A DNA stretch of 64,000 nucleotides from Yuukianura sp. NJ FZ-2021 (taxonomy: Eukaryota), in the NCBI GenBank assembly GCA_046563655.1, contig CM102287.1, positions 2,852,001 to 2,916,000 of the forward strand. The letters run 5' to 3'. Positions within the stretch are counted from its first letter, which is position 1. Each line of letters opens with the position of its first letter. The notes beneath the pieces are model-generated. The model was not told the DNA's origin. It searched no databases and saw nothing but the letters and a program-made list of their open reading frames with translations. The position numbers and the translations under genes were made by a program. This document shows positions 12,646 through 24,896 of this stretch, piece by piece.

Positions 12646-13054
12646 TCAGACTTGAATAGCACTCACTTCCTCATCATCATCCTCAAATGACTTTCTGCCC
12701 AAATCCTCCTCAGTCAAGCTGAATTTCTTCTTGATCATGTCCCTCATCCGCTCAAAAGTGTTTTCATCTTCGTCAAAATCATAGAGGTCATCCGGTTCTG
12801 AAGAGAGGTCATCATCTTCTGCCTCCTCTGCAACATCAGAGTCTGCGTAGGGGAAGTCCCTATCTAGAGACACTGCTAAAACCACTTCCACCCCACGCGA
12901 AAGTTCCCACGGTGGGGCCAGAGGTGGGGCTGACTTCGGTGGGACACTGCGTGGACGCATTGTGGCGGACACTTCTGACAGGTCAGAGTCATTGCCAAGG
13001 GCCCCTCCAGGGTCAACTTCCTCTTCGTCCTCACTAAATGACACGTCTGCGCCT
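12646..13054 (-). CDS. Terminal exon of an unknown acidic protein
   Basis: Acceptor-like CTACAG upstream, then a GC-richer open frame (GADVSFSEDEEEVDPG...FERMRDMIKKKF...IQV*). Upstream exon(s) are uncertain. Confidence 0.4.
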
Positions 13055-13704
13055 GTAGACAGGAAACCAATCAAATTACAGGAAAACAATTTTAAACCAA
13101 TCAAATTACAGGAAATTTACAACTGAGAGCCAATCGGATTACAGGAAATTTGCAAGTTTAAACCAATCAGATTACAGGAACTGTAATTGAATTCAATTGT
13201 TGGAAAGTTGAGTAATTCCGGAAGTAATTTGGATTGGTTGAAGTACTGACAAAGTGTAATCATTGTAACTACTGGGTGTAACTCTAGGGTGTAACCGTTA
13301 TCCTTGGCCTCTAACATAAGGTAGACGTAATTGGCGGCTCATGGTTACACTTTTACATCATCTCAGCAACTTGTACTTGGTTACATTTTTATGTAATTAT
13401 GTAACTATGTAATTACATAATCACCCTCAGAGAGCTAATTATTGTAAGTTTCGACTTGAAATGAAGTTTAACCAGATTAGTCCCGTGGTTACAAATGTTG
13501 TGCCATCCTTACTTCAACCGTGATAAGTCGGTTAAAGTATCACTTTTCACGTTTTTTTTTTTTTTTTGGGTTGCAATCCCTTGATAAAACTACGGTAAGC
13601 AGTAGACCTTCTCTGAGTTAAAAAAATAAGTTTCGAATGTCATTTTTTCGAAAAGAGAAAAAAAATGGAACAATTTTCGAAAAAAAAATGAAGTGATGTT
13701 TTTT

Positions 13705-16700
13705 TTAGTGTAATAAGATCCAAATGTGAAAGGAGAAGGAAATGAAGTGGATGAGTGGGAGAAAGTAACAAGTTCCAAGAAACTTCTTTTCTTTGATCAT
13801 CAAGAGGACAAGAATAGGATCAATTTCATCCACATCGCAAATTTTGTTTGTCCTTTTTCGCAAATTCGCAAAAAAAAAGTTGCAAAAAATTGGCAACAAC
13901 AGTTTACCTGAATCTTGACTAGGTTTTCTTGGAAAAGAAGAAGAAGATAGTCCACTCGAACTTGATTCCTCATCTTCTTCTACCACAATCGAACATGTTT
14001 TCTTCTTCTTCAAAAATTCATTCAAATTTTCCCGCGAATTTCCGGAAAACTCTTTCAAATTTTGGCATGCGTTTCCTGGAAATTCTCCCAAATTTTGATT
14101 TTCCCTCGTCGCAAGCTCATTTTCCAAAAATTTCCGTCTTTCAGCGAACTCTGAATTTTCGACACTTTTGATCTCAGAATTTTCGACATTTTTGTTCTCA
14201 GGATTAAATATCGACATTTTTGCACTGGAAGTGACGAATTCCTGGATTTCAATTTGCGAATCACGGCGCATGCTCGGTGAGAAAAATTGGCTCGATCCTG
14301 ACGAAATACTGGCTTTCCGAGAATCGAAAGTTTTTGACAAAAAATTCCTGTTTTTCCAGGAATTCTGCCGTCGAATTCTCAAAAACTTCCAAAGATGAAT
14401 TCGGATTGTGCGATTGAGGAATCCGTAGAGAATTGGACTCGAAATGGCTCCAACTCCCATAAAAATTTTGAATGAAAAGTAGAACAACATTGGAGTAAAA
14501 GTTGCCGTGAAGAGGGCCAAGGTCAAAGGAAGTTGTGACAAGGTCAATGACCCAATCAGGGTCAAGATCGTCGAAACTGTTTTGCGTGGAGAGTTGTAGT
14601 TGTGTTGCAAAAAAGTCCGCCATTTTCGAATTCCTGAGCGCGTTCCTTGCCTAAGAAGACTTGCAGCCATTTTCGCGCCAATGGCGCGACTTCGCTTGAT
14701 GGTCGAAGTTGACCCCGAGGTCAGCAGGGTCACCGACCTCTGACCCGGGTCAATGTCAGGGTCAACGTAGTTCATGGAAGGTTCCCTGTTGATTGCAATC
14801 CAAAACATTACATTTTAGTTGAGTTCAGGGATGTCAAGAATATTTACTATCCATTCCTGTAATGTTAACAAAAACATATTTGCGGGTTTTCTGTTACTAA
14901 ATATTTATATATTTGTGTATGCATTAATGTTAAAGTTAAAAATCAGTAAATAAATATTTGGGTGATTTTTTAAGAAAAAAATATTTTTTGTCAATATTTC
15001 GTGGGTTTTCAATACATATTTTGATCCCAGCGCTGTGGATACGACGGAACTGTACAATGTGCTTCCGTTTAAATAAAAAGTTTTGCACTTATGAAAATGG
15101 CGGCGAGTCAATTCGAATGCCAATATTTTTAGTTCGTTTTTATCGAAATTTGAATTTTCTGGATTTGTAAAAAGTACCGGCTTTCTGCTTCTGCTCCGGC
15201 TTGTTTTTCAAGATTCGCTAAAAGGACGTACTGAAGCAGCGAATTTTCGGTTTTTTGTGTACCGCCATTGAGAACCGCTTGGCTTGACCTTTGACCTTTG
15301 ACCTGACCTTGGTGACTAGAATAGGCTACAGATGAAGGCCAATCAGAAGAGATGCTCAGAACTGGTGAAGTGAAGTGACCTATTTGGACTTTTTGGCACT
15401 TTTCTTTGGCAATCTGCAAAAATCAGCAAAGTCATTCTCATTATTTCGCCAATCTCTAAACTTTTAAGGCCAAATTTGCGAATTTTGGCAACCCCCGTTT
15501 GCCAAAAATTAAACTCCTCCGCAAAATCACAAGAAGCCTCCATATATTCAAATCTTGCAATTACTAATTACACAATTTCTGATTTCTATAATTACGTAAT
15601 TACTTTCTGTTAAACACGTAATTACTAATTACTTGTTGTTAAATATTGATATTACGCAGTAATTACTCCACTAAATCAAGATTATCTAAAGCTTGTTTTT
15701 CAAAATTGGCCAAAATTTCCGCACTTGTGATACAAATCTGGTTTTTACAGGCCAACGCCCTTCGTTTTTGTTCTGAACACATTTTTTTTTAAATTTCAAG
15801 GGAAAATGGTGATAAATCGTGAGTCAAAGGCCATTAATCTCCTAAACCAAAAGTCAATTAGGCTCAAACGGGAGCTCAAACTTGTTTGGAGCTAATTGCT
15901 GTACTTTATTTTTCTGCTTTTCTGGAGGTGACAAAATTTACTAAAATTATCACACCTTCAAAAGTGGATTTTTCACACCTCACTAAGCCAGTCACTTAAG
16001 TTCAGATTACACTAAACTCCAAATTTTAAAAGTGGAAAATCACCACTCCAAATTGCACAAATTTTAGTCATTGTTTTCATTCCTTGGAAAACCTTGTAAA
16101 CGTTACTTCCGCAATTTTTATCAATGTTTACAAGTAATTATGGCAGATTCAATGCAAAACCTAGCGTGAAATGATACTTTTATAATAAAATGTGATATAT
16201 TTATATAAAATATAATATAATATAAATATGTTTACTTGGAATATGGCATTGTAGCATTTGATCATGACGGAGAGGACGACTGCAGTGACAATGGAGAAGA
16301 CAATGGCAAAGTACAGTCCAAGGGCACCCTTCGGAATGGCAATAGGTCCATGCAAAAACGTTCTGTACAAACAGAAGCATGACCTCAATTGTTTTTTTCA
16401 TAAAATTTAGTCCTTTTTTCAAAAAAGTCAATTTTTCAAAAAATGTTTACAAAGGAAGTTTTTCTTTTCATTAGGTAAGGTGAAAGTGCGGAGAAAGTTC
16501 ATTAACTTCCGACTTGGCGGAGGATAAATGTCATTACAGACAGAAAAAGATTGATTTCGGGAGCAAGCCACCCCCTGAATCACTCTGCGGGGTGGGACTA
16601 TAAAAGACTATAAAAAGACTATAAGTTGGTGACTAAAAAGACTATAGTTGGTGACTAAAAGTGAGACTAAACTTACTCATTTCCAAAGATAAGGAACGGC

Positions 16701-17678
16701 GGAAGAAGTGTAATGAGGACAGACACGAGCCAGCAGAGAGAGATTGCCAAAGTGGTTCTGCCAGGCGTAACGATTGATTTGTACTTCATTGGCAATGAGA
16801 TCGTAATGTACCTAAATTTTGGAAAAAAAAAACACACAAAATTTTGGAAAATTTGGGAAAAAAAATTTGGAAAATTTGGATTTTTTTTTTGGAAAAGGAA
16901 CTTCGGCTTTACCTATCGATGCTTATGAGTCCAATGGTGAGTGACCCCCCGACGGCGACAGTGAAGGCCGCGTAGAGTTGAAAGTGGGACAGAACGTAGA
17001 AAGTGGGGATGTTGACGGGGTCAACTGAGGTCAAGTGGGGAACAGGGAAGGTCACAAGGTCACCCCCACCCCCGGGGGGATTCAAGGTCACGAGGTCACC
17101 CCCACCCCCGGGGGGATTCAAGATCACGAGGTCACCCCCTCCCCCACCTCCGGGGGACATAAGTAGTCCCCCACCATTGGTGGATCGACCGGTACCAGTA
17201 AAAGACTGAGAAACTGAGATCAAGAAGCTGAGAATTGAAAGTAGAAGTTGAGACAGGCAGAGGCTGAAGACGAACCTAAAAATTTTGAAAAAAAAATGAA
17301 AAATTTGAAGAAAAAATGAAAAATTCAAAATTTTGAACTGAATTTGCCAATTTTTTGAAGCACGTGAAAATTCTTTGCGTGAGTTCTTGTCAAGGTCGTG
17401 AGAAAATGAATGCAAAATTTCTCTATTGTTGTTTTGATGTGCAAATTGAGTTTCATTGTGAAACGCTACTTTCGTTTTTTCCAAATTCCATAAAATTTTG
17501 ATTTTTCTTTTCAAAATTTTGAATAAAAAACTTACTTGTTCGATGGACATCTAAAAAGTGACTTTTTCCATAACGTACAAATGATGGCACCGTTGAGAAC
17601 CATGGCCGTGATTTGGATCAGAATTGCCACAATTTCGTAAACAATAAGATTCCCATTCCCACCACCGCTCAACTCCAT
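13705..17678 (-). CDS. GPR161: Class A (rhodopsin-like) GPCR, GPR161-like
   Basis: TLWKKSLFRCPSNRFVFSLCLSQLLLS resembles GPR161 [39 protein letters not shown] is split across an intron. ITLLPPF, IAKEKCQKVQIG and SPILYGFLNRTIR (GPR161 HPLIYGLWNKTVR) also match. About seven exons. Confidence 0.75.
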
Positions 17679-20600
17679 TTTTTGCAAATTGCAAATTTTT
17701 GCCAATTGCAAAATTTTCGCAATTTGCGAATTCTTAACTGTTACACACCACTGACACTCTTGACTATTGATACGCAACCTCACTTTTAGAGTTCCTTTGT
17801 ACACTTCGTGGTTTCAACCAACCACAAATTCCTCCCAGTACAATCCAGCAGTACAAGCAGCGTATCGATTCATTTCAAAATTTTGAACCTTTTTTTTCAA
17901 AATTTCAAAAAATTTGGTGGTTGGGTGTTTCCATTTCGACAGTTCGAAGACAACTGTTGCTTGACTCACTCCAGAGAATCACTTTTCTAGTTTTCATGAA
18001 GAGAGCTACTGTTATAAAACTCCAAAACAAAGCACCACTAGGAGAGTTTGGCGCCTGGGCTTTTGCGAATTTTCTGCACTTGCAAAAAAGTTTGCGAAAA
18101 AGATTTTCGCACGGCACGAGTCAGTAATGGTTGCAAAGTCCAGTTTATGCTTAAGGTTGACCGCAAGATTAAGATTAAGTTTGGAGCACAATGACACTTT
18201 GCAAAAAACGTAAAAATGGGATGAGAACTAAAAATATTTTGGATTAGTTTTTAAAAATAGCAACACTTTAAGTCGTATCGTAAAACAATTTGCGAATTTG
18301 CAAAAATTTTCGCAAATGTTAGTCTGTGCGGTAGTTATGCAACTAAAACGTTATGTTAAGATCTTAACACACCTTGTTGGGAGATTATCAAAGACAAGAC
18401 AATGGACTTGGTGAGTCACGCGGTAGAGATGACCTTGAAGAGGTTGCCAATTTGCGAATTATTGTGCGAATTTGCGAATTGTGATCACAGGAACTAAGAC
18501 GCTTGTAAGTAGCCGGAAGTAACTTTTTGCACACGAGGACTTTGAGATGTAAAGTGGGTTGTCAAAAACCAAAATTGCAAAAAGAAACAATCGTTCTAAG
18601 GGGGCGGGGGACAAGGTTATCAAGATGGGTTTGGTCTCCTGACATTGCAAATTTTGCACCCCTCCAATTATTGTGTCTGTGCAAATTAATTTTTGCAAAT
18701 CTATTTCCGTTTACAGAAAGAAAATGAAATTTTTCTTGATTTCAACTCCACTTGAAAATTAAACTTGCAGCTTCGGCTTTTCAAAATTTTCAAACCAGTT
18801 ACGAGTTGCGCATCCGCTGCACACGTTTAATAAAAGTAACTAATTTTTGAAAGTGAAATGAATTAGGAGGTTGACCTGGCATGACCTTGACCTTTACTTA
18901 AAATTTACTGCTGGAGTTGAAGGTTTTATTGGATCGTGGGTAGATTTAGTGTGCTTGAGATTACATTTAAATTGTTTCTGTCAATCACTGTCGCAAAATG
19001 TTCATTTCCAATGATTAAGTTCCAAATCCTCCTCAACCAGTCCAATTTTTTGCGAATGTGCAAAAATAGCCGCTCTTCGGAACTACTTTTGTCAAGGGCT
19101 TTACTTTTTCCGCTAGATTTGCATCTTCTCTGAAATTATTTGCAGTTTTTCAAAAAATTGCAACAAAAATTTTAAACTCTTGAAGTCACTAATTTCTGCG
19201 TCGTTTAGCAAAAGTCTAGGTTTTTAATCAGGTATTTTGTGCAGCATAACAAACAGTTATTCCGTATTCGGTGGTCAAAACTACCGTAAGAATGGTTTTT
19301 AATTTCAAAATTTGAAAAAATGGTTCAAAATTTCGGTTTGATCGTAAAAAAGTTCGTTGATTTTGAACACTCGTTTGAAAATTGGATTTTCTAGCACACA
19401 CAACCAATAAATCTACAGAATTTGAAGGATTCTAATAAAAAAATCAGGAAAAGCTATCATAAAATCTCGTTATTTTCGGCACCGTTAGAACCTGGCTTTT
19501 TGAAATGATGAATTTCCTGTTCTAAAAAGTTAGAACAAGAAGCCAGGAGCGGTTTGTTGTTGAAATGACTTGAGAAATGTCATTTGCGATGGAGGACAGC
19601 ATATCGCTTGGGAATCAGTCCAAGGTCAAGTTGTTCTAACCTTGTTCTGAACAGTTGCAACTGTCAGCATGAGCAACCCTTTACCTTGAAAGGTCACCAA
19701 GGTCAACTGTAACCTTATTAGAAACATAGAGTTGTGCTGGCGCAGTGTGACCTTGGAATACCCTCAGGGGTGACACCATCAAGCATCCAGTACAATGCTG
19801 TCCTTCAAATAACAATTTCTAGTTAATTCGATACTTGTTAAAGTTCACTTGGAATCTGCTGAGGTTTGTTCTAAATTTCTAGTGCACTGTAGTGCCAAAA
19901 TCATACTTTAGACGCAGAATCTCCTGTTGTTCCTTCTTATGTCGCCTTCACCTACTTATCTAATTGTGATACAAACTTATCCAAAATCTAGGTCAAATCC
20001 ACATGACCTTGGGCAAATCGGGAGGAAACGATCGAAAATACTTGTGACAAGCCTAAAACGTTTCTTTTATTGTATTCCTGTTGTTTTACAATTTCTCAGT
20101 CAAAATTGACCTTGTAAAGCGGGATTCGCTGATTGTTTGAAAAGTTGTGTGGAAAACGTTGACCTTTGACATGAAATTGTTCAATTTTTTATTTGCTGTT
20201 CCTGCACGCCACGTAACAAATTGGTTTTTTTGTCATTGAGTTTTTGTATGTAAAACTAGGTAGAAAAAAATTAATTTTTATGTGGCGTTCAACTTCTGAC
20301 ACAGAAAATTTCCGTTTTTTTTTACTTTAGTTTTTATAAACAAACTAAATATTATGCAATAAAATTGTAATATAAATATTATAGGATATAAATTTAACTT
20401 ATAACTTATAATTAGCCTTTGAGTAGCTTTCCTTTATGGAGGGAGGTCCAGAGTTGAATATGTAAACAAACCATGCTCCGCCTCCTCAACAGGTGATTCA
20501 ATTGAGGGATTTCAAATGTGATCAGCGTGCAGACTCTGGAACTCACAATTCACCGCACAGGAGACACTTCATCTGATTAGTGGATTAATCAATTAATTGA

Positions 20601-20718
20601 ACATTCTGGATTAACTATTAGTTGACGCCTTGGATTTGAGAAGCATACCGCTTATCGCTGAACGTGGACAAGGCATTGGATCCCACAAGAACAGCTGATT
20701 GAAATTTTCAATTTCAAA

Positions 20719-22557
20719 ATGTAAGAATTTGACTAGATTTTCGAAATTTTAGAAAAAGTTGATTGGTTTGGATTTGGACTGAAATTTTTTGTTATAGGCT
20801 GCTCCGCCATTTTGTTTTGGCGTATAATCGCTTGAGACGAAGAGTCGTTCGAGAAACGCTCGGAAGTTACCGATGGATCGTCAGACGGAAGGAGATTCCC
20901 TTGTAAATAATCAATTGAACTTGATGAAGATAATCGATTAATTCCAATGACTGTAAATCTTTTAGCTTCGTGTTGGCCAGTGGACTGCTCTCGACGGAAG
21001 CCAAGATGGAAGGCCGAGCAGAAGGATTAGCAAAAACCGTGGAAGCGTTTATGGCTGAACCGTTGACCGGTCGTGACAAGCTGTCCGACACCTCGACTGA
21101 CATGAAGGCTCGAATGGAGTTACTTATTATGAGGATCCAGGTTAGTAATCAATCGTTAATCAATTCCTGGACTACTACTTTAATCAATTAGTTGATGCTG
21201 AAGCGTAATTTACTAAACGTTTTGAAACGTTTCTACTCAGAAACAAGTCTGCCAGGCTCTGGAGGCTGAAGAGACCGAATTTGACGTCAAGTTCGTAACA
21301 GATCGTTGGACTCGCGAAGAAGGCGGTGGTGGAATCACTTGTATCATTCAAGATGGCCATGTCTTTGAGAAGGCGGGCGTCAACGTATCAGTTGTCCACG
21401 GTGTACTGCCACCAGCAGCAGTTGCTCAAATGAGATCCAGGTAACGTTAGCCGCCATTTTCAAAATTTTTTACTTACATCCTGGATTCTGAATCCAGGAC
21501 TTCAAGTTTTCCAACCATTTTTTCAGAGGAAAAGACTTGGAAGGAGAATCACTTCCGTTCTACGCCCTTGGAATCAGTTCAGTAATTCACCCTAGGAATC
21601 CATACGTCCCTACTATTCACTTCAACTACAGATACTTTGAAGTGGAGACTTCTAAGGGTACACAATGGTGGTTCGGTGGTGGAACTGACCTCACTCCGTA
21701 CTATCTCAACGACCAAGATGTTGTCCACTTCCACAGTCAGCTGAAGAAGGCTTGTGATAAGCACGATAGTTCCTATTATCCAAAGTTCAAGAAATGGTGT
21801 GACAATTACTTCAGAATTCCACATCGCGGTAAGAAAACTTCAAACATAATTGTAGATTTCAAAGATTTCCAAAAAAAAATGTGCAATTCGCAACTTTTCC
21901 TTTGGTTTTAAGATTTGTTTAGATTTGTAAGACAATTTTGTTTTGTTTTAGATGAATCCAGAGGCGTTGGTGGAATCTTTTTTGACGACATGGATTACCC
22001 TAACAGAGAAAAAGCATTTCAGTTTGTCACTTCCTGTGCAGAAGCTGTGATACCTTCNNNNNNNNNNNNNNNNNNNNNNNNNNNNNNNNNNNNNNNNNNN
22101 NNNNNNNNNNNNNNNNNNNNNNNNNNNNNNNNNNNNNNNNNNNNNNNNNNNNNNNNNCTTCTTATCTACCCCTAGGTAAACACTAACTTTTTTGAGATTT
22201 TTCAAAATTTCGAAACTTCTTTTTGAATTTTCAGTGAAAAAGCACAAGAATGATGGTTATGGTTACAAGGAGCGACAGTGGCAACTTTTACGACGTGGCC
22301 GCTACGTGGAGTTCAATTTGGTCTACGACCGCGGCACAAAGTTTGGACTCTACACGCCCGGAGCTCGTTACGAAAGTATTCTAATGTCGCTTCCACTAAC
22401 TGCTGTAAGACGATTTTCAAAAAACATCAAAATTTCGAAAAATTTCATTTTTTTTTTTCAATTTTTGCAGAAGTGGGAGTACATGAATGTCCCAACGGAA
22501 GGAAGCCAAGAGTACAAAATTACGCAGATTTTGAAAAACCCGAAAGAGTGGGTCTAA
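20719..22557 (+). CDS. CPOX: Oxygen-dependent coproporphyrinogen-III oxidase, mitochondrial
   Basis: Hallmark motifs [68 protein letters not shown] and [20 protein letters not shown]. Arg-rich presequence [19 protein letters not shown]. Confidence 0.97.
22058..22157. other. Assembly gap (100 N), probably a false gap
   Basis: The flanks overlap by CTTC. Merging them restores the CPOX peptide AVIPSYLPLVKKH. Confidence 0.85.
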
Positions 22558-23099
22558 AAAGAAACTCTCTGTCATCGTTATTGATTTAAACGCAAGTATT
22601 TGTTATTATTAATTATATATTATATAAATTATTATTAGTTATATGAATTATATTTTAATGAATCTTAGTCACAAATTAGCTCCAATTTCAAGCCAATTCT
22701 TCCCCTTTCATTGTTTCAAATCGCTCATTTTTTAGATTTATTTTGTTGTCTCTTTAGATTTAGTCGAAACTAAAGTTAAATTACGTTTTTTGTTAGTTAG
22801 TTAAGTTTATTTTGACTTGCAAATTGCAATAAGATAAAAGCAACCTGAAAAGGGGATTTTTATTTTTCAAAGTTTCAAAATTTGGAATTTTTCTGTTTCC
22901 AAGACAACCAGTTGCCGGTTGGTAAGGGAAAGTGTTTGTTTCTAAAATTAAAACTCTTGCTGTGAGGAGAAATTTAAAAAATTCTGAACTTCGAAAGAAT
23001 TGAAATTTTGAAATCATTTCGCTTTTAGACGTTGACCGAGACACACGATCGCTGCAGCGTTGCTTCCTGATTGAAGATTTTTGATTTGGAGTGTTCAAA

Positions 23100-24571
23100 A
23101 TGACTTCTTTTATGGACACATCGGAAACTCCAGGTTAGTTGCCAACTGTAATTGTCACCTTTCACCTCAAATTTTTGCTAATCCTTGATTTTTTGTTTGA
23201 AATTTTGTAGTTGACGCAGCAGCAACTTCTGTTGACGCAGCAGGAACTTCTGTTGGTGCAACAGGAACTGGAACCAAACGCAAACTGAGTGAATACGAAC
23301 CAGAAGAAGTTGACCATTGGCTGTCCAGTGACATGGTTCGTGACACAAGTAACCTGCACTGGGTCATCTCCAACTACGCCTCCTACCATCAAACAGCCAA
23401 TCGCGTCATTCGATCTCAACTTTTCACTGCTGGTCGTCACGTCAAGCATCTCTTTCAGTTGACAGTACTTCCTCGTCAAGAGTTCAATGGCCTCGAATAC
23501 TTCGGAATTCACCTTCGACTGGTCGCCTTTGCCAATGAACACAATCAGAAGAAGCAGAACGTCAATCCAGTCAATGACGTCCCAGAAGACGTCAAACGTC
23601 AACTCCAAGTGACATTCCAAGTGACTCTTCTTGACGCGAATGACGAAAAGCGTCATCAGACGACTGGATACAGCTTGATCAGCAAAGGAGTGATTACTGG
23701 ATGGGATCAGCTCGTTTTTGCTAACATCGTCGACGAACTGGCCGAATCTGACGGAAAACTCCGAATTCTGTTTAGAATCTGGATAGATATGGACACGAAA
23801 TTGAAGCAAGGCGACGGCCAGCCAGTCGCCGCTGTCAACGACATTGGTCATGCGCTGATCAAACGCGTATGTCGCCAAGCAAAGTCGGATGACGACACTG
23901 ATCTTACGCGCCAAAGTCAAGAGGAGGAGGAGGAGGCTCAAGGTCAAGGTCAACTGGACAATGCACCAATCAGTGACCCCGAGGTCAAGATTCCAGGAAA
24001 TTTTCCATTTGGATTCGGGGTTGGACGAATGTCGCTCGGATTGGTGCCAAAAATGCTGCCGAACTTGGTTCCTCGCGTGGACACTACAAGCGATGCTTTT
24101 CAGCGATCACAATCGCTGAAAAACTACTTGGGAGCTGACAAGGTCGATCCGAAAACGGAGGCAGTCGTGAATCAAATTTTCTTGGCGTATCAATTGAGCC
24201 ACAAACTTCCGAAATTTGACGCGCGAAAATATGGAGTCGGCGTTTTACGACGAGCAGAAAATTGTGGACTTCCTGCCATGAAGAAGATGGTAGAACAGGA
24301 ACTCATTTCGGCGTTGACAGTGGAAAATGCTGCCAATTTTTTCCTGCATGGAGATCTTTACAATTCGACCGAATTGAAATTTGGCGCGCTGCACTTCATG
24401 CTTGTAAATCGTGCCGGAGTGGAGGCAACTCCAGCGTTCCAGAAAGTGCTGGAGCTTGATCCGGGACTCAAAATGTGGTTTCGGCCAGAACCGAAGAAGA
24501 AACCGGAACCGGAAACCAAACCGGTACAGGGACAGACCAATCAGGAAGCGGAACTGGACTACTACTCTTAA
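23100..24571 (+). CDS. MATH-domain protein with degenerate BTB and BACK-like C-terminus (array gene 1)
   Basis: Exon 1 at 23100-23133, exon 2 from 23211. MATH-like LHWVISNY...IRSQLF...YFGIHL...GWDQL...DGKLRI. C-terminal helices LKKMVEQELISALTVENAANFFLHGDLYNSTELK-type, resembling SPOP. Confidence 0.7.
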
Positions 24572-24896
24572 ATTTTCAAAAAAGTTTCAAAAATTTCAAA
24601 AACTTACAATAATCAAAATCACATTTTCATATTCTACTATTCTTAAATTATCCTAAACGTACGTTTTCCAAAAATGTCAAAAAATCATTAAAAGTGTGAA
24701 CAATAAATTTACAAAAAAAGAAATCTTACCTCTTTTTTTAAATTTTATTTTTTCCCCTTTAGTTCGAAACGATTTTTTCTGTGGTAACCTTTTTTGAAGT
24801 TTGTTTTCACTTTTTCAAACAAAATTTCGAAAAAATTTTTTAACGTCTTTGGATCAGTTTGTCGTGAGGAATTTGTTGGAATTTCAAGGTCATCGC

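Noticed and set aside
1604..17678. Functional ciliary gene cluster (CFAP44-like plus GPR161-like)
   Set aside because: Only two genes, on opposite strands and separated by unrelated genes. Proximity alone is not evidence.
17680..18720. Cluster of TTGCGAA/TTGCAAA motifs upstream of the GPCR
   Set aside because: Visible, but I could not distinguish it from low-complexity AT-rich background by eye.
23162..23953. 263-aa minus-strand ORF and similar antisense ORFs across the BTB array
   Set aside because: Antisense shadows of recognisable plus-strand exons with no independent motifs.
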